Shown here: piece after piece, positions 1-13,044 of the stretch
How the letters are laid out: every line of letters starts with the position of its first letter
How positions within the stretch are numbered: position 1 is the stretch's first letter
Assembly (NCBI GenBank): GCA_030390025.1
Contig: CM059432.1
Span: forward strand, 143,532,001 to 143,596,000
From: Squalus acanthias
Taxonomy: Eukaryota
DNA length: 64,000 bases
Direction of reading: 5' to 3'
The notes under the pieces: generated by a model
What the model was told of the DNA's origin: nothing
Databases searched by the model: none
What the model saw: only the letters and a program-made list of their open reading frames with translations
Position numbers and translations under genes: made by a program

Positions 1-357
1 TCAGGTGAAGTGAAGAGATGCATATCGGCACAGCATATATAGTCAGAGAACACTGCCAGATGATTACAGTTAATCTTTCCAACTGCCCTTTATCACACCT
101 CGGCAGAGAGATAATCACGGCAATCACAATTTGGACACCATCCACACCTTTGATTGCCGTGATTATCTCTCTGCCGAGGTGTGATAAAGGGCAGTTGGAA
201 AGATTAACTGTAATCATCTGGCAATGTTCTCTGACTATATATGCTGTGTCGATATGCATCTCTTCACTTCACCTGACGAAGGAGCAGCCGCTCCGAAAGC
301 TTGTGATTTCAAATAAAGCTGTTGGACTATAACCTGGTGTTGTGCGACTTCTCACAT
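1..357. mobile_element. Fold-back Penelope-type non-autonomous element with minimal hammerhead motif (left end outside window)
   Basis: 1-126 is a near-perfect reverse complement of 151-276, followed by CTGACGA-A-GGAGC-agcc-GCTCC-GAAA-GCTT and a terminus shared with 37864-38424. Confidence 0.7.
269..306 (+). ncRNA. Minimal type I hammerhead ribozyme-like motif
   Basis: Core CUGACGA (273-279) and GAAA (295-298), stem II GGAGC/GCUCC, stem I UCAC/GUGA, palindromic AGCU in place of helix III. Confidence 0.6.
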
Positions 358-974
358 ACTGTATTTGTGTTCTGGGGCTGTGTACAATGCCAAATTTCAG
401 TTTATTAAAGTGCCAACAAAGCCAGATAACTTTGACCATAATCTTGATTTCATAGCAGTTAACAGGACAAAAGCACTTCAGTCAGCCTCCGACAGCTCAC
501 TTCACTGCAACTTCGCGTTTGCGTCTCCTTCTCACCGACTCGTCTTCCACATACCTGTGTCAGCCGTGGCTCAGGGGGAAACAGTCTCGCCTGACGGAAG
601 GTTGTTGGTTCAAGCCCCACTCCAGAGACTTGAGCACATGATCCAGGAAATGGGAACTCCCAGTATAGCGAGCCCCTGGCACAATATCCCCCCCCCCCCT
701 CCGACCCCGCCAACCCGGAGCGACCCTGATACCACCTACCTTCAATGGGGACCAGCAAGGGAGCTGCACCACCCCTCCCCCAACCCCACACAAGGGGGAA
801 TCGTTGGCAGCCACATCCCCACTGTTCCCAGACTCCCGCCACCCACCCACCCACCCGCTCCAACGAGTTACAGCAGTAGTCTGGTGGAATCCCGAGAGAG
901 AATTCAGTCTCTAGAATCCTTAAATTGGAAAAGTGCTCCATCAAGAGCAAAAATTAAAAATCTGCATATTATTT

Positions 975-1385
975 CATCATGGGCTTGTTCTCCTTCGAGC
1001 AGAGAAGGTCAAGAAGAGATTTAATAGACTCGTTTAAAATTATGAGGGGTTTTGATCGAGTAAATAAGGTGACACAGTTTCCACTTGCAGGAGGGTCAGT
1101 AACCAGAGGACACAGATTTAAGGTGATTGGCAAAAGAGCCAGCGGGGAGATGAGGAAAATGTTTTCACACAGCGAGTTATGATGATCTGGAATGCACTGC
1201 CTGAAAGGGCGGTGGAAGCAGATTCAATAGTAACATTCAAACGAGAATTGGATAAATACTAGTAAAGGAAAAATTTGCAGGGCTATGGGGAAATGAGCAG
1301 GGGGGAGTGGGACTAATTGGAGAGCTCTTTCAAAGAGCCGGCACAGGCACGATGGGCCGAATGGCCTCCTTCTGTGCTGCAAGAT
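975..1385 (+). mobile_element. CR1 LINE 3' fragment
   Basis: GLFSFEQRRSRRDLIDSFKIMRG...TRGH ORF2 C-terminus plus 3' UTR. Confidence 0.8.
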
Positions 1386-1446
1386 TCTAGGATTCTATCA
1401 TCGCCATTTTGATGTTCTCTGTGAATTTTTATTTTTATTTTTGAAG

Positions 1447-1601
1447 ATTTGCCAGTTGATTCTACGGCCTCAGAAATGCAATACGCCATACAAACCATTC
1501 CTGAGATTGGGACGGTTTCCGTGACGAGAACAGGCAACTGTTCCGGCTACCAGTGGACAGTGCAATGGTTGAGCAAGGCCGGCAACCAGCCCACCTTACA
1601 G
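1447..1601 (+). CDS. PKHD1L1: PKHD1L1 internal exon (1st in window)
   Basis: ag/gt bounded; DLPVDSTASEMQYAIQTIPEIGTVSVTRTGNCSGYQWTVQWLSKAGNQPTLQ resembles fibrocystin-L just upstream of the TIG run. Confidence 0.9.
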
Positions 1602-1679
1602 GTGAGACGCAGACTCTGGTGAAATAAAACAGTCGCCTTGATGAAATTCCCAACACCGTCCAGCCTCGCTGTTGAACTT

Positions 1680-1995
1680 CACAGAATCACAGAATCACAG
1701 AATCCCCACAGTGCAGATAGAGGCCATTTCGGCCCATCGAGCCTGCACCGACACATATCCCACCCTATCCCCGTAACCCCATGTATTTAATCCCCCTAAC
1801 ACTAAGGGTCAATTTTATCATAGCCAAATCAACCTAACCCGCACATCTTTGGACCCGGAGGAAACCGGAGCACCCGGAGGAAACCCACGCAGACAAATGT
1901 GCAAACTCCACCCAGACAGTCACCCGAGGCCGGATTCAAACCGGGTCCCTGGTGCTGTGAGGCAACAGTGCTAACCACTATGCCACCGTGTTGCC
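1680..1995 (-). mobile_element. HE1-type tRNA-derived SINE (V-SINE group)
   Basis: Minus strand GGCAACACGGTGGCATAGTGGTTAGCACTG...TCTGCGTGGGTTTCCTCCGGGTGCTCCGGTTTCC with (GATTCTGT)n tail. Confidence 0.8.
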
Positions 1996-2254
1996 AATTC
2001 ATTCCCGGGATGTGGGCATTGCTGGCAAGGCCAGCGTTTATTGCCCATCCCTAATTGCCCTCGAAGATGGTGGTGAGCCACTTTCTTGAACTTGTTGGCC
2101 TGAACAGATGCATTGGAAGCGACATGAGGAGCACAAGTTGGAATAGGGCGTTCTGCTGGTTGTTCTTCAACAGCCGAGATTTAATTCTGTCTCTCTTGAA
2201 GCCCATATTTCTTAGTAATTTAAATGAGTTGCTTCGGCTGCACCTAGATGGACG

Positions 2255-2512
2255 ATGGCAGCAGGCGCATGGGAACACCACCACCTCCAAGTCACAGACC
2301 ATCCTGACTTGGAAGTATATCGGCCGTTCCTTCATCATCGCTGGATCAAAATCCTGGAACTCCCTCCCTAACAGCACTGTGGGAGCACCTTCACCACACG
2401 GACTGCAGCGGTTCAAGAAGCGGCTCACCACCACCTTCTCAAGGGCAATTAGGGATGGGCAATAAACGCTGGCCTTGCCAGCAACGCCCACATCCCGGGA
2501 ATAAATTAAAAA
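2255..2512 (+). mobile_element. 3' fragment of the LINE family at 52846-56900
   Basis: Matches the 3' end of that LINE; an inverted tail fragment lies at ~1997-2090. Confidence 0.75.
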
Positions 2513-2634
2513 AGAGTAACACCAACTATTAATTGCTTGTGAGACATAGGGAATGAAATTAAGTATGCGGCAATATGACTGTGGAATTGAAAAATGTTAA
2601 GTGTTAAAATGTATGTTGATTCTGTGTTGAGCAG

Positions 2635-2757
2635 ATTAATGATTCGAATGTCAGTGGAGTCAATGCGAGGATAACTGTTTACAACCAGAAGCATGGTGGG
2701 CTGTTTAGTCAACATCTGACTGGAGATCTGTTCCGTACACCACACGCACAGCCCCAG
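2635..2757 (+). CDS. PKHD1L1: PKHD1L1 exon
   Basis: ag/gt, phase 0-0; INDSNVSGVNARITVYNQKHGGLFSQHLTGDLFRTPHAQPQ. Confidence 0.92.
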
Positions 2758-3512
2758 GTACGTACATACATGCTCCGTCTTGATCCTGTCTGCAACTCGC
2801 ACATACTTGCACACAGAGGAACAGGAGGAGGCCATTCAGCCCCTCGAGCCTGTTCCGCCGTTCAATCAGATCACGGCTGATCTGTACCTCAACTCCATTT
2901 ACCCACCTTTGCTCCATATCTCACAATACCCTTACCCAACAAAAATCTAGCGATCTCAGTCTTGAAAGCTCCAATTAACCCCCAGCATTGGGGGGGAGAG
3001 AGTTCCAGATTTCCACTTCCCGTTGTGGGAAGGCATCACCTCTGAACGGCTTAGCTCCTAATTTTAGATTTACCCAATCTGTCCCCGCCTCAATCTGGCC
3101 GAGTGCGATTTTAACTTGCAGGCGACAAGGTCCCTCGTCCCAAGCCAGCGGGGTCCTCTTTAAATATGCAGATCGGGTTCCAATGATGTCATTGGGCCTG
3201 ACGACGATTTTTGCCTGAACGGGGTGAGCAGTGGCAGGATTCTTTGAGCCCCCCCTCCCCCCCTGGGAGGTCCAGCTGCCCGATCTGTTTCGAGGTCCCT
3301 TTACCTCAGCCAGGACTAGATCAGCTTACACTTTGACCCTTCCAACTTCAGCATCAACCCTACGATGTATTATTATAGCAGCTCCATAAATATCAGTGCA
3401 TGTCGAGCTTCACACCAGGAATGAATGTAAAAAACAGATCTGTAATGAACGGGTTCCATGCGAGCCAAGCCATTCTGTAGCAATGTGAGCCCTTTTCTTC
3501 CCCCCCCCACAG

Positions 3513-3618
3513 GTGGAGGTTTTCATCAATGGTATCCTCAGTAACTGTTCCGGTAATTGTGGATATAAGTGGAATTCGGAAAAAACCCCAGTCATTTCAG
3601 GCATCAGCCCAACAACGG
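3513..3618 (+). CDS. PKHD1L1: PKHD1L1 exon
   Basis: ag/gtaag; VEVFINGILSNCSGNCGYKWNSEKTPVISGISPTT. Confidence 0.93.
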
Positions 3619-3779
3619 GTAAGTACTGGAAATCCAGACGGGCTTACAAGCCATGTTATCCGTTTAAATCCTATGAATCTCTGAAGGTGTGGTGCCGTCT
3701 CAAATTATTCACAGCAGATGTCCAAGAAAAACTTTTTTAAAAATATGACACTGATAATTATCGCTAATATCGTTCCACG

Positions 3780-4390
3780 AACACAGGAAGAGGAGGAGGC
3801 CGTTCAGCCCCTCCCCTCGAGCCTGTTCCGTCATTCAATTAGATCATGGCTGATCTCTAAACTCCATTTACCCACCTTGGTTCTGTAACCCTTAATACCC
3901 TTACCCAACAGCAATCTATTAATCCCAGTATTGACATTTTCAATTGACCCCCAGCCCTCAACAGGCTTTTTGAGGGAGAGAGTTCCAGATTTCCCCGACC
4001 CTTTGTGTGAAGAAGTGCTTCCTGACATCACCCCTGAACTGCCTGGCTCTAATTTTAAGATTGTGCCCCCTTGTTGTGGACTCCCCCGACCAGAGGAAAT
4101 AGTTTCTCTCTCTCTACCCTATCAACTCCTTTAATCATCTTAAACACCTCGATTAGATCACCCCCTTAATCTTCTATATCAAGGGAATTCAAGCCTAGTC
4201 TATGCAACCTGTCCTCGCAATTTGCCCCTCCAAGGCCAATATATCTTTCTGAGGTGTGGTGCCCAGACTGAATGCAGTGCTCCAGATGGGATCTAACCAG
4301 AGCTTTATACAACTGCAGCATAACTTCCTCACCTTTGTATCCCAGCCCCCTCAAGATAAAGGCCGATATTCCATTAGCATTTTAAATTCT
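3780..4390 (-). mobile_element. Degenerate CR1 3' fragments
   Basis: LQLYKALVRSHLEHC and CR1 3' UTR motifs on minus strand. Confidence 0.7.
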
Positions 4391-5570
4391 ATTTTGTACT
4401 TGTTCTCTTTCTAAATGATCTGTAAAGTTGAAAGCTGTTGATCTGTGAGGATACCCTCCCCCCAGCGAGCCCAGCTGTCGTGTGGGGGCTGTGACAGGTC
4501 ACAAGGCGCTGAGTGGGCAGTGAATCAGATGGGGGGGCCGAGTGAATGTCTAGACCACTGGCTCGAGGGGGGATTTCTCCCGATTGTCCCCCTGGTTAGA
4601 AACTCAACACGGGCAGAGTTGGCGCAGCCGATCGGGAGACAGGCCGGGGAAATGCCCAGCGTATATCCGGCAATATCGGTGGATCTTTTGCGCTCTTTCT
4701 AAATGATATTTTACTTTGATGCCGCGGATAAGTGATGAACATTGGGGATGGTGTCGAGGCCCCCCGCCGGGTGGAAACAGGGGAGGTAGCGCCCGGACAA
4801 TGGCGGGGAATGATTTACCACCACGGCTGTAGTGGCAATCCTCCCCTGGGGCCTCCCGCTGGTCTGCCAGAGAGACCGCCCGAGATAGTCGGCCGGCCGC
4901 TATAGAAGAGGAATCCGGATCCAACGATGTATGTGGAGCCCCGTTCCCAAAACAGAGACACGGTTTATGAAGAACCAATTAACAGTCTGAAAGCAAGCAA
5001 GAAGCCTTGCTAGGTATAAACATATGTGGTGAGAAAGAAAGAAGAAAATTGATTCAAATAACATTTTCATGCACGTTTTACAACTGAAGCAGGTACATTG
5101 TAAATTTTAATTTCAGTTCTTTTTAAAACAAAATGCAATCTTAAAACAAATGAGAGGTATCTTATAGACACTTTAGGACTGAACAAGATGGAGCGCGAGT
5201 GCTCCCTCGGGCTCCACAGAACCAGCCTGGGCCACGGGCACTCCTGGTTCCCCCCCCACCCTACCCCTCCATCCTGAGATCGCCCCCACACACACACATC
5301 TACCTTCTTCTGGTCCGGAGGTGGATCGGCTACCCGGGTGGGGGTAGGGGGGGGAGGGGGTGTTGGGAGCTTGTTTTCCACCTGCCGTCCGAATGCTAAT
5401 GGGGCCGGACCCTCAAATAGGACTGGGCCTCCCCATCAGGTGGCCCGCTGACTCACACCACCGGTCATCCCCCCCCCCCCCAAAGTCCGCGCGGGCGGTA
5501 GAGTCTAGCCCCTTGGCAGAGCGCAGTGACTGGTCACCCACTGAGAACAAACAGTCCTTTCCTCTTCCAG

Positions 5571-5690
5571 GTTCCAGTGCCAGTGGGACGGTTCTGACCA
5601 TATCGGGCTCCAGGTTTGCCAACAGTTCGAGGACTGACACCACCTGGGTTTCAGTCGGAGGTGCCAGGTGTCCAATCACAGGATTAACCG
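5571..5690 (+). CDS. PKHD1L1: PKHD1L1 exon (IPT/TIG)
   Basis: ag/gtgag; GSSASGTVLTISGSRFANSSRTDTTWVSVGGARCPITGLT. Confidence 0.92.
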
Positions 5691-6169
5691 GTGAGCAAAT
5701 GTTTAAAGCAAACGAAGAACAGCCAGCACTGAATAGCGTCAGTGGGAGGGTGAAAGAGTGCGTACTTATCACGGGGACCACCGTTACTGCATGTACAATT
5801 GATGAAAGCGCTTGTGAGGTCTTTCCTTTGAGAGTGCGTATACCTGTGCAGGACTTCCTCTCCCTTGCCCTGGGCATCATTGGAGCAGTACAAACTCAAG
5901 TAAAGTGACCAAATGTCGAGATAAATGTCGCTCCCCCCTCCCCCGGACCGCACCCTCCGTCCTTCTCCGCGTAGGCAGACCTCCCCGCCCACAGACAGCC
6001 AGCCTCTCAATCTGGCTGGCTGCGGGCGGGAAATCCGAGGCCTCACATTCAAATCAGGCCCTGACTTTAAAGTCAGCAGGCCTGTGGAAAAACCCGGCCT
6101 CCCGGGTTTCCCACCCGCCTCGGAGGCCCCCTGCCCCCAACCCGCCTCCCTGGAGAAAATTCCGACCAA

Positions 6170-6540
6170 AAGCTTCGGTCTTCCCAATATTTAGTTGGAG
6201 GAAATTTCTGCTCATCCAGTACTGGATGTCAGACAAACAGTGTGACAAATCAGAGCCAGTGGAGTGTTAGCAGATAAAATGTGGCACCGAGCGACATAGG
6301 GAGATACTAGGACAGGGCTTGGTCAAGGAGATAGGTTCTAAGGAGTGTCTTAAAGGAGGAGAGAGAGGGACAGAGGTGGAGAGGTTTAGGGAGGGAATTC
6401 CAGAGCCTAGGACCCAGGCAGCTGAAGGCACAGGCCACCAATGGTGGAGTGATGAAAATCAGGGGTGCACAAGAGGCTAGAATTGGAAGAACGCAGAGAT
6501 CTCGGAGGGTTGTCGGGCTGGAGAAGGTTACAGAGATAGA
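6170..6540 (-). mobile_element. L2-type LINE 3' fragment
   Basis: WMSRNFLQLNIGKTEA and AFSCLGPRLWNSLP...SFKTLLRTYL are typical L2 C-terminal motifs. Confidence 0.7.
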
Positions 6541-6656
6541 TGTATATCTCATCACGCATAGACAAGTCTTTGGAGGGTTATATTAAAGGAAGTGTGTACC
6601 CTTTTCTATTGCTGGTTGGTTTTAATAATCTGCATTCTTTGTTATTTTGTCTTCAG

Positions 6657-6821
6657 ATACCGAAATGACCTGTATGATTGGGAATTCCAGTACTGCATCA
6701 TCTCCTCTCACTGTCTACATCGCTGAGCTCGGCCTCGCAACACACTCTGGCAACCAGACATTCACTTTCACATATCAGCTGGAGGTTACAAGCATATCTC
6801 CTTCCATGGGCAGTACTGAAG
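6657..6821 (+). CDS. PKHD1L1: PKHD1L1 exon (IPT/TIG)
   Basis: ag/gt; DTEMTCMIGNSSTASSPLTVYIAELGLATHSGNQTFTFTYQLEVTSISPSMGSTE. Confidence 0.92.
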
Positions 6822-7512
6822 GTAGTGATTGTAGGATAAATGAGCGGGCGCTTAAATCACGTTAAAACATTAATGTGTCCTCTTTCAATTACAGCTCCCC
6901 CTACCCCCCCCCCCCGACTTAAAACATCCTAATTTAAAATGGGCATTGGCTTCTATCAGCCAAAAAGCGATAAGCATTTGCATTCATGTCAATTTAAGTG
7001 CTCTGTTTATTTCGGACAGAAACAGCTGTGTCTGCTCACAGTCTCACTGAATTTAATCAAGGAGTCTCTGGCACTCTTTAATCAAGTATAATCTTTTGGG
7101 AAAAAAAAGCTTTTGATTTTCATCCCATTGAAATTATGGCCTATAGAATTTTGAACTAATGACGGCCACAAGTATTGCTCAAAGCTCAAGGCATCGAAAG
7201 CGACTGTGAATTACTGCAGCGGGTACAAAACAGTGCTGGGTAATCTTGCCAAGACTGTGCTAAAGCTTGCATGAAACTACTGCCCATATTAAGGGTTGAT
7301 CAATTGGTTATTCTTGCATTAAATCTTCTACAGAAAACACTTCATTGATCATTTATCATACAGAACAGGTCTCGATTAGTTAATGTTATTTCATCTGATT
7401 TTCTGCCCACCTATGGAAGTGGTAAAAGGATTTAAAATACTTTTTTTCCCCAAATGTTTAAGGTAATAAGGGGGGGGGAAAAGGGGAATAGAGGGTTATG
7501 CTGATAGATTTA

Positions 7513-8030
7513 CATAGAAAAATATGAGCAGGAGTAGGCCATTCAGCCCTTCGAGCCTGCTCCGCCATTCAATATGATCATGGCTGATCCTCTATCTCAA
7601 TACCATATTCCCGCTCTCTCCCCATACCCCTTGATGCCTTTTGTGTCTAGAAATCTATCTATCTCCTTCTTAAATATATTCAGTGACTTGGCCTCCACAG
7701 CCTTCTGTGGTAGAGAATTCCACAGGTTCACCACCCTCTGAGTGAAGAAATTTCTCCTCATCTCAGTCCTAAATGTCCTACCCCGTATCCTGAGACTGTG
7801 ACCCCTCGTTCTAGACCCCCCCAGCCAGGGGAAACATCCTCCCTGCATCCAGTCTGTCTAGCCCTGTCAGAATTTTATACGTTTCAATGAGATCCCCTCT
7901 CATTCTTCTAAACTCTAGTGAATACAGGTCTAGTCGACCCAATCTCTCCTCGTACGACAGTCCTGCCATCCCAGGAATCAGTCTGGTGAACCTTCGCTGC
8001 ACTCCCTCTATGGCAAGTATATCCTTTCTT
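7513..8030 (-). mobile_element. CR1 LINE 3' fragment
   Basis: QRRFTRLIPGMAGLSYEERLGRL...TRGHSLRIRG...FFTQRVVNLWNSLP. Confidence 0.85.
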
Positions 8031-8814
8031 GGGTAAATTTAGATGAGGAAAGACGGGAGGAGGTTCGAGTGGAGCATAAACACGGCATGGACTGGTTGGG
8101 CCGAATGGCCTGTTTCTGTGCCGTATATCCTGTGTAGACCTGAGTCAGGGTTCTACCTGAAACCAGACTGGAATGGAGGAAGGAATCCCGCTCTCGCTGT
8201 GCTTTTGGAGTCAGTTTGAGCATTCCCGGCCAGATTACACCATGCAGGTTTAGTATCGGAGTGAAACCACTTCGCCCTCGCACTAAACCTGTTGGCGAAT
8301 ACATCTTTGGGGGGGGTTAGGCTTTCACCACCGGCAGTGGCTATGAACTGGCGGTAGCGGATTGGCCCACCCGTTAGACGGGCTACCGGATGTCCCGGGT
8401 TGTATAACGGGCGGCTGATCCTCTACTGTCCGTTTACAGCCACTGCCGAAAGTGGCAATCTACTCCTTCGTGTCTATACACCCAAAGTAACGGGGTGGGG
8501 GGGGGGGGCGGAGTTTTCCAATCATGAAGAAAGAAAAGAAAGAAAGACTTGCATTTTTATCGCACCTTTCACATCTTCAGGAAGTGCCGAAGCGTTTTAC
8601 AACCAATGAAGTACTTTTGGAGTGTAGTCACTGTTGTAATGTAGGAAACGCAACATGCTCACACTGTGTTCCTCTGTGTGTTAGTTTTGCACAGGCATGA
8701 GCCCAGTAATTTGAAATAGATGAACAGGTGCATAAAATATAGCACACTGAGCAAGAGTGTCACTCCCCCCAAAAGGCTGTGAATGTTGGGGCACAGTTGG
8801 AGGCATCATCTTAA

Positions 8815-10030
8815 AATTAAGTTTGCAGACGACACAAAGCTGGGTGGGCGTGTGTGCTGTGAGGAGGATGCCGAGAAACTCCAGGATGATTTGGACAGGT
8901 TGGGTGAGTGGGCAGAAGCATGGCAGATGCAGTATAATGTGGATAAATGCGAGGTTATCCACTTTGGTGTCAAAAACAGGAAGGCAGACTATTATCTGAA
9001 TGGCAATAGATTGGGAGAAGGGGAAGTGCAACGAGACCTGGGTGTCCTTGTGCACCAGTCGCTGAAGGTAAGCATGCAGGTGCAGCAGGCGGTTAAGAAG
9101 GCAAATGGTATGTTGGCCTTCGTAGCGAGAGGGTTCGAGTACAGGAGCAAGGATGTCTTGCTGCAGTTGTACAGGGCCTTGGTGAGACCACACTTTGAGT
9201 ATTGTGTGCAGTTTTGCTCACCTTATCTGAGGAAGGAGGTTCTTGCCATGGAGGGAGTGCAGTGAAGATTCACCAGGCTGATACCTGGGATGGCAGGAAT
9301 GACGTATGAGGAGAGATTGGGTCGATTGGGCTTATACTCGCTGGAGTTTAAAGAATGAGAGGGGATCTCATTGAAACTTATAAAATTCTGAAAGGACAGG
9401 ACAAACTAGATGCAGGAAGGATGTTCCCGATGGTCGGGGAGTCCAGAACCAGGGGTCACAGTCTAAGGATAAGGGGTAAGCCATTTAGGACAGAAATGAG
9501 GAGGAATTTCTTCACCCAGAGAGTGGTGAACCTGTGGAATTCTCTACCACAGAAGGCAGTAGAGGCCAATTCATTAAATAGATTCAAGAAGGAGTTGGAT
9601 ATATTTCTTAAGGCTAAAGGGATCAAGGGATATGGGGAGAAAGCAGGGACAGGGTACTGAATTTGGATGATCAGCCATGATCTCATTGAATGGCGGAGCA
9701 GGCTAGAGGGGCCGAATGGTCTACTCCTGCTCCTATCTTCTATGTTTCTATGTTTCTGTGTTAGAGCCAGGCCGTTCTGGAGTGAATTCAGAAAACACTC
9801 CTTCACACAAAGAGTAGTGGAAATCTGGAACTCGCTCCCCTCAAAAGTCTGTGGATGCTGAGGGTCAATTGGATCTTTCAAGACTGAGATCGATCGATTT
9901 TTGCTGGGTAAGGGTATCGAGGGGTATGGAGCAAAGCCTGGTAAATGGAGTTGAGGTACAGATCAGCCGTGATCTAATTGAATGGTGGAAGAGGCTCGTG
10001 GAGCTGAATGGCCTCCTGCTGTTCCTAACG
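8815..10030 (+). mobile_element. CR1 LINE 3' fragments (RT FADD to 3' UTR, plus a second tail)
   Basis: [10 protein letters not shown]...WQMQYNVDKCEVIHFG...LYRALVRPHFEYCVQF; internal stops. Confidence 0.88.
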
Positions 10031-10111
10031 TCCCTTTGCTTGTACATGAGCTTCACTGATTGGAAATTATACCCCATTTAGCTTTACTTCTTTTGGCCTT
10101 TAATTTTATAA

Positions 10112-10554
10112 CGCATCAAGCTCGCGGCTGGCCGGTCAGAGACAAGGGCAATCCGCTCTCCACCTGGCTCATGACTCCCCTCCGCAACCCCAACACTCCT
10201 GCCCAGCACTCATATTAATGAGAGCCATGCCGCCACCAGGAACATCATCGAGCAGACCATCGGGGTGCTCAAGCAACGGTTCCGCTGCCTTGACCGCTCG
10301 GGAGGAGCCCTCCAGTCCTCGGCTGAGCGGGTGTCCCTTTTCGTCGCCGTCGTCGTCTGCTGCATGCTGCACAATTGGCCATCATGAGGGCCCAGCCATT
10401 GCCACCAGGCATAGCCGCACCACCTCAGGAGGAGGAAGTGGGAGAGGAGGAGGACGAGGAGGTGGAGGAACAGCAGCGAGGGAGGAGGCAGCCACTCAAT
10501 CGGCCTTCTGAAAGTGCGGTCCGTGACCACCTCATCAGACTGAGGTTCCAATAA
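10112..10554 (+). pseudogene. Decayed Harbinger transposase 3' fragment
   Basis: [13 protein letters not shown]...RNIIEQTIGVLKQRFRCLDRSGGALQ...CCMLHN, homologous to 13878-15038 but frameshifted and 5'-truncated. Confidence 0.88.
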
Positions 10555-10711
10555 ATTCTACCCCACATGCTCACCACATCCCCATCATTCCATTCATTTC
10601 ACTTGCCATATCACAGCCAAAGCTGAAATGAGAGACAGCACAAATTCTGCAAAATTCCATTAATAAATTTATCAACATTCAGTCACCACATATATACAGC
10701 AACAATATTAA

Positions 10712-12540
10712 TTAATCACCCTTGTGCAAACCCTTACTTCCCCTCTTTACAATCCCTTTTCCTAATCTACTGCTCCTACGTAGTCTGTGCCCAGTGACTG
10801 CAGCAGGGCTGGTAGAAGGCTGCTGAGTGTCGGTGCCAGCGACTTCAGATGGCCTTGCAGGACGCCCTCGACCAGCTCTGGGCCTGGAAGGCCCGACTGT
10901 AGACTGCACCACCTCAGCATGAGCAGCAGCAGTCTGGGCTGGCTGGATGATAGGCAGCGACAAGGGCAATGGCGGAGTGGCAGTGGTGGGAGCAGGAATG
11001 CTGTCATCCTGAGAGAGGACAGCAGGTTCCTGCTCGACTGACACACTGCCACTCCCCCCGGGGCAGCACCTCAGCATCACTACCAATCTGCTGGAGCACA
11101 GATTGCTGGCCTGCTGCAACACCGTGAGATCCCCAGTGGACTGTGGTGGACCCAGCGACGATGGCAGCAGTCAGAGCTGGCGTGGCATCAAGCTGAGACT
11201 GCATGAGAGCAGTCTGAGACTCGATGGCATTACAGCACTAAGACGTTGCGTGGCTTCCGCCTGTGCTGCAATGGATGCTGCGACATCGTCCATGACACAC
11301 GGCATGAGGTCTGGGTCCCCACAGTCTCTCGGAGTCCACCAGACTGCCAAGGATGGGCTCCATGGTGTGCGCAGAGCTCTGTGCAATGTTGGAGGCGGAC
11401 TCCTCCACGCTCCTTACCATTGCCGAGAGGCTCTCGGGCACCCTTGCCATTGCACCTATCATCTCGGAGTGCATGCCCATCACCCTTCTTGTGAACGCCT
11501 CCCCATCGAGGTCCTCACCTGAGTCCTGTACAGCAGAACTCGCGGGCGAAGTCGCCCTCCGGGGAGCTGGCTCCCGAGCTACCCTTTCCCCCTGGCCTTG
11601 CTGCAGCTCGCTCGTCCCCAGTGCATCACCCAGTGCAGACCCCTCTACTAAACTTGCCTCTAAAGATCGCGTAGTCCCAGTATCTGAGGTGGTGCCTGCG
11701 GGTGAGACATGCAGTGACGCCGTGCTTTCTTCCTCCTCCTCTTCTCCCGCCTCACTCTCACTGGGAGGCTCAGGGACAGGCTAGTCAGCTGGTTGCTGAT
11801 TACCTGAAAGCATAAAGGCACAAGACTCGCGTTAAGGTGAGGGCAGGGGGGCAGGAAGGGAGCAAGGAATGCAGACAGAATAATGAGCTGGAAGTGGGAA
11901 AGGCTTGTGGTGTGAGGGGGAAGTGGGATGAGAGGAGAGGGGATGAACATACCGTTGTTGTCCCCAAGGGGGTCAACGTCGCGATGGCCACGGTGCCCAC
12001 CACCTGGTGCCCAATGACTCTCAGCACTCCCTCCTCCAGGTCTGTAAGCTGTAGGATGTCCACTTCATCCTCGCTTGTTCGTTCCTGCTCCCTCCTATTG
12101 TGGGCCAGCTTGGCCTGCAAGAGAAGGGAAAGTGTGTGAGTGAGTGTGCAGCTATGTGTTGGGGAGATGTGCCTGCCATAGTTGAATAGCTGTGATTGTA
12201 GGCAAGGCGTGAGATGTGGATGTGAGTTTCAGTAGGTGGAGATGCTTGGTGGGTGAGTGGTGGGGCTGTGGTGGTTTGTGCAGTGTGTACAGACTGAGGT
12301 TCAGATGCTGGTATGTAGGACTTGTTGAAGCATGTACTCACCCTGACCACCCGAGTGAGGTCGTTGAATTTTTTGCGGCACTGTGTGAGGGTCCTGAGGA
12401 CCACACTGCTGGCCTGAGATGTCCTGGGCCACTTTGCTCCACATTGCCCTGAAGACCTGGAGCAATGGCCTCCTGCCAGTGACCGGGAACAGCGCTGCCC
12501 TCCTTCTTTTGACTGCCGCGACCAATGCCTCCTATGCCTT
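10712..12540 (-). pseudogene. Decayed Harbinger Myb/SANT-like gene (exons ~12540-12342, 12114-11953, 11803-10712)
   Basis: QCRKKFNDLTRVVR/gtgag, cag/AKLAHNRREQ, C-terminal GPSRPRAGRGRP; same intron positions as the full-length copy; stops and frameshifts. Confidence 0.85.
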
Positions 12541-13044
12541 GTAAGATCTCAATGATCTCTGAGTTCTTGGACACGACACCAATAGGCAGCAGCCAGTATG
12601 TTTGAGCAATAGATCAAGAATTATTAAGCTTACAGCGTAATATACTATACAACAGGCGATAGATTTAACGAGTAGCTCGCAGCCCTTGGGACTCTGGAAC
12701 CTCTCGGACACCGGTGACATCGTCTTCAGTCTGTTCCTTTGTTCTTGCAGTAGGTCTGTGTGAATTTACTTTGAGTATCGAGGTTTTAGCCCTTTTCTTA
12801 TCAAAAGTTCGTTTGGCCAGTGTCCATATATGGTCTTTAACAAAATTACCTTTTTTAATTGGTTCTAATAGTCAAAATACCATTGTCACTCAGACTAAGG
12901 GTAGCATCCTGACTCCTCCCGGCTCAGTAATTTTCCAACAACTCTACCCTGTTTCATTGTTATGTTGTCCATACGTTCTTCACCTCATTGGAATTCACCT
13001 TATCTCTCTTATTTCTAGCTTCAAGCAGTACAAGGCTTTTGGAT

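Noticed and set aside
4567..5512. Possible additional Harbinger-like MITE
   Set aside because: GC-rich ends with an AT-rich core, but TIR and TSD not convincingly identified
12560..13040. Unassigned sequence with possible decayed coding character
   Set aside because: No recognisable motifs; cannot be assigned without a search
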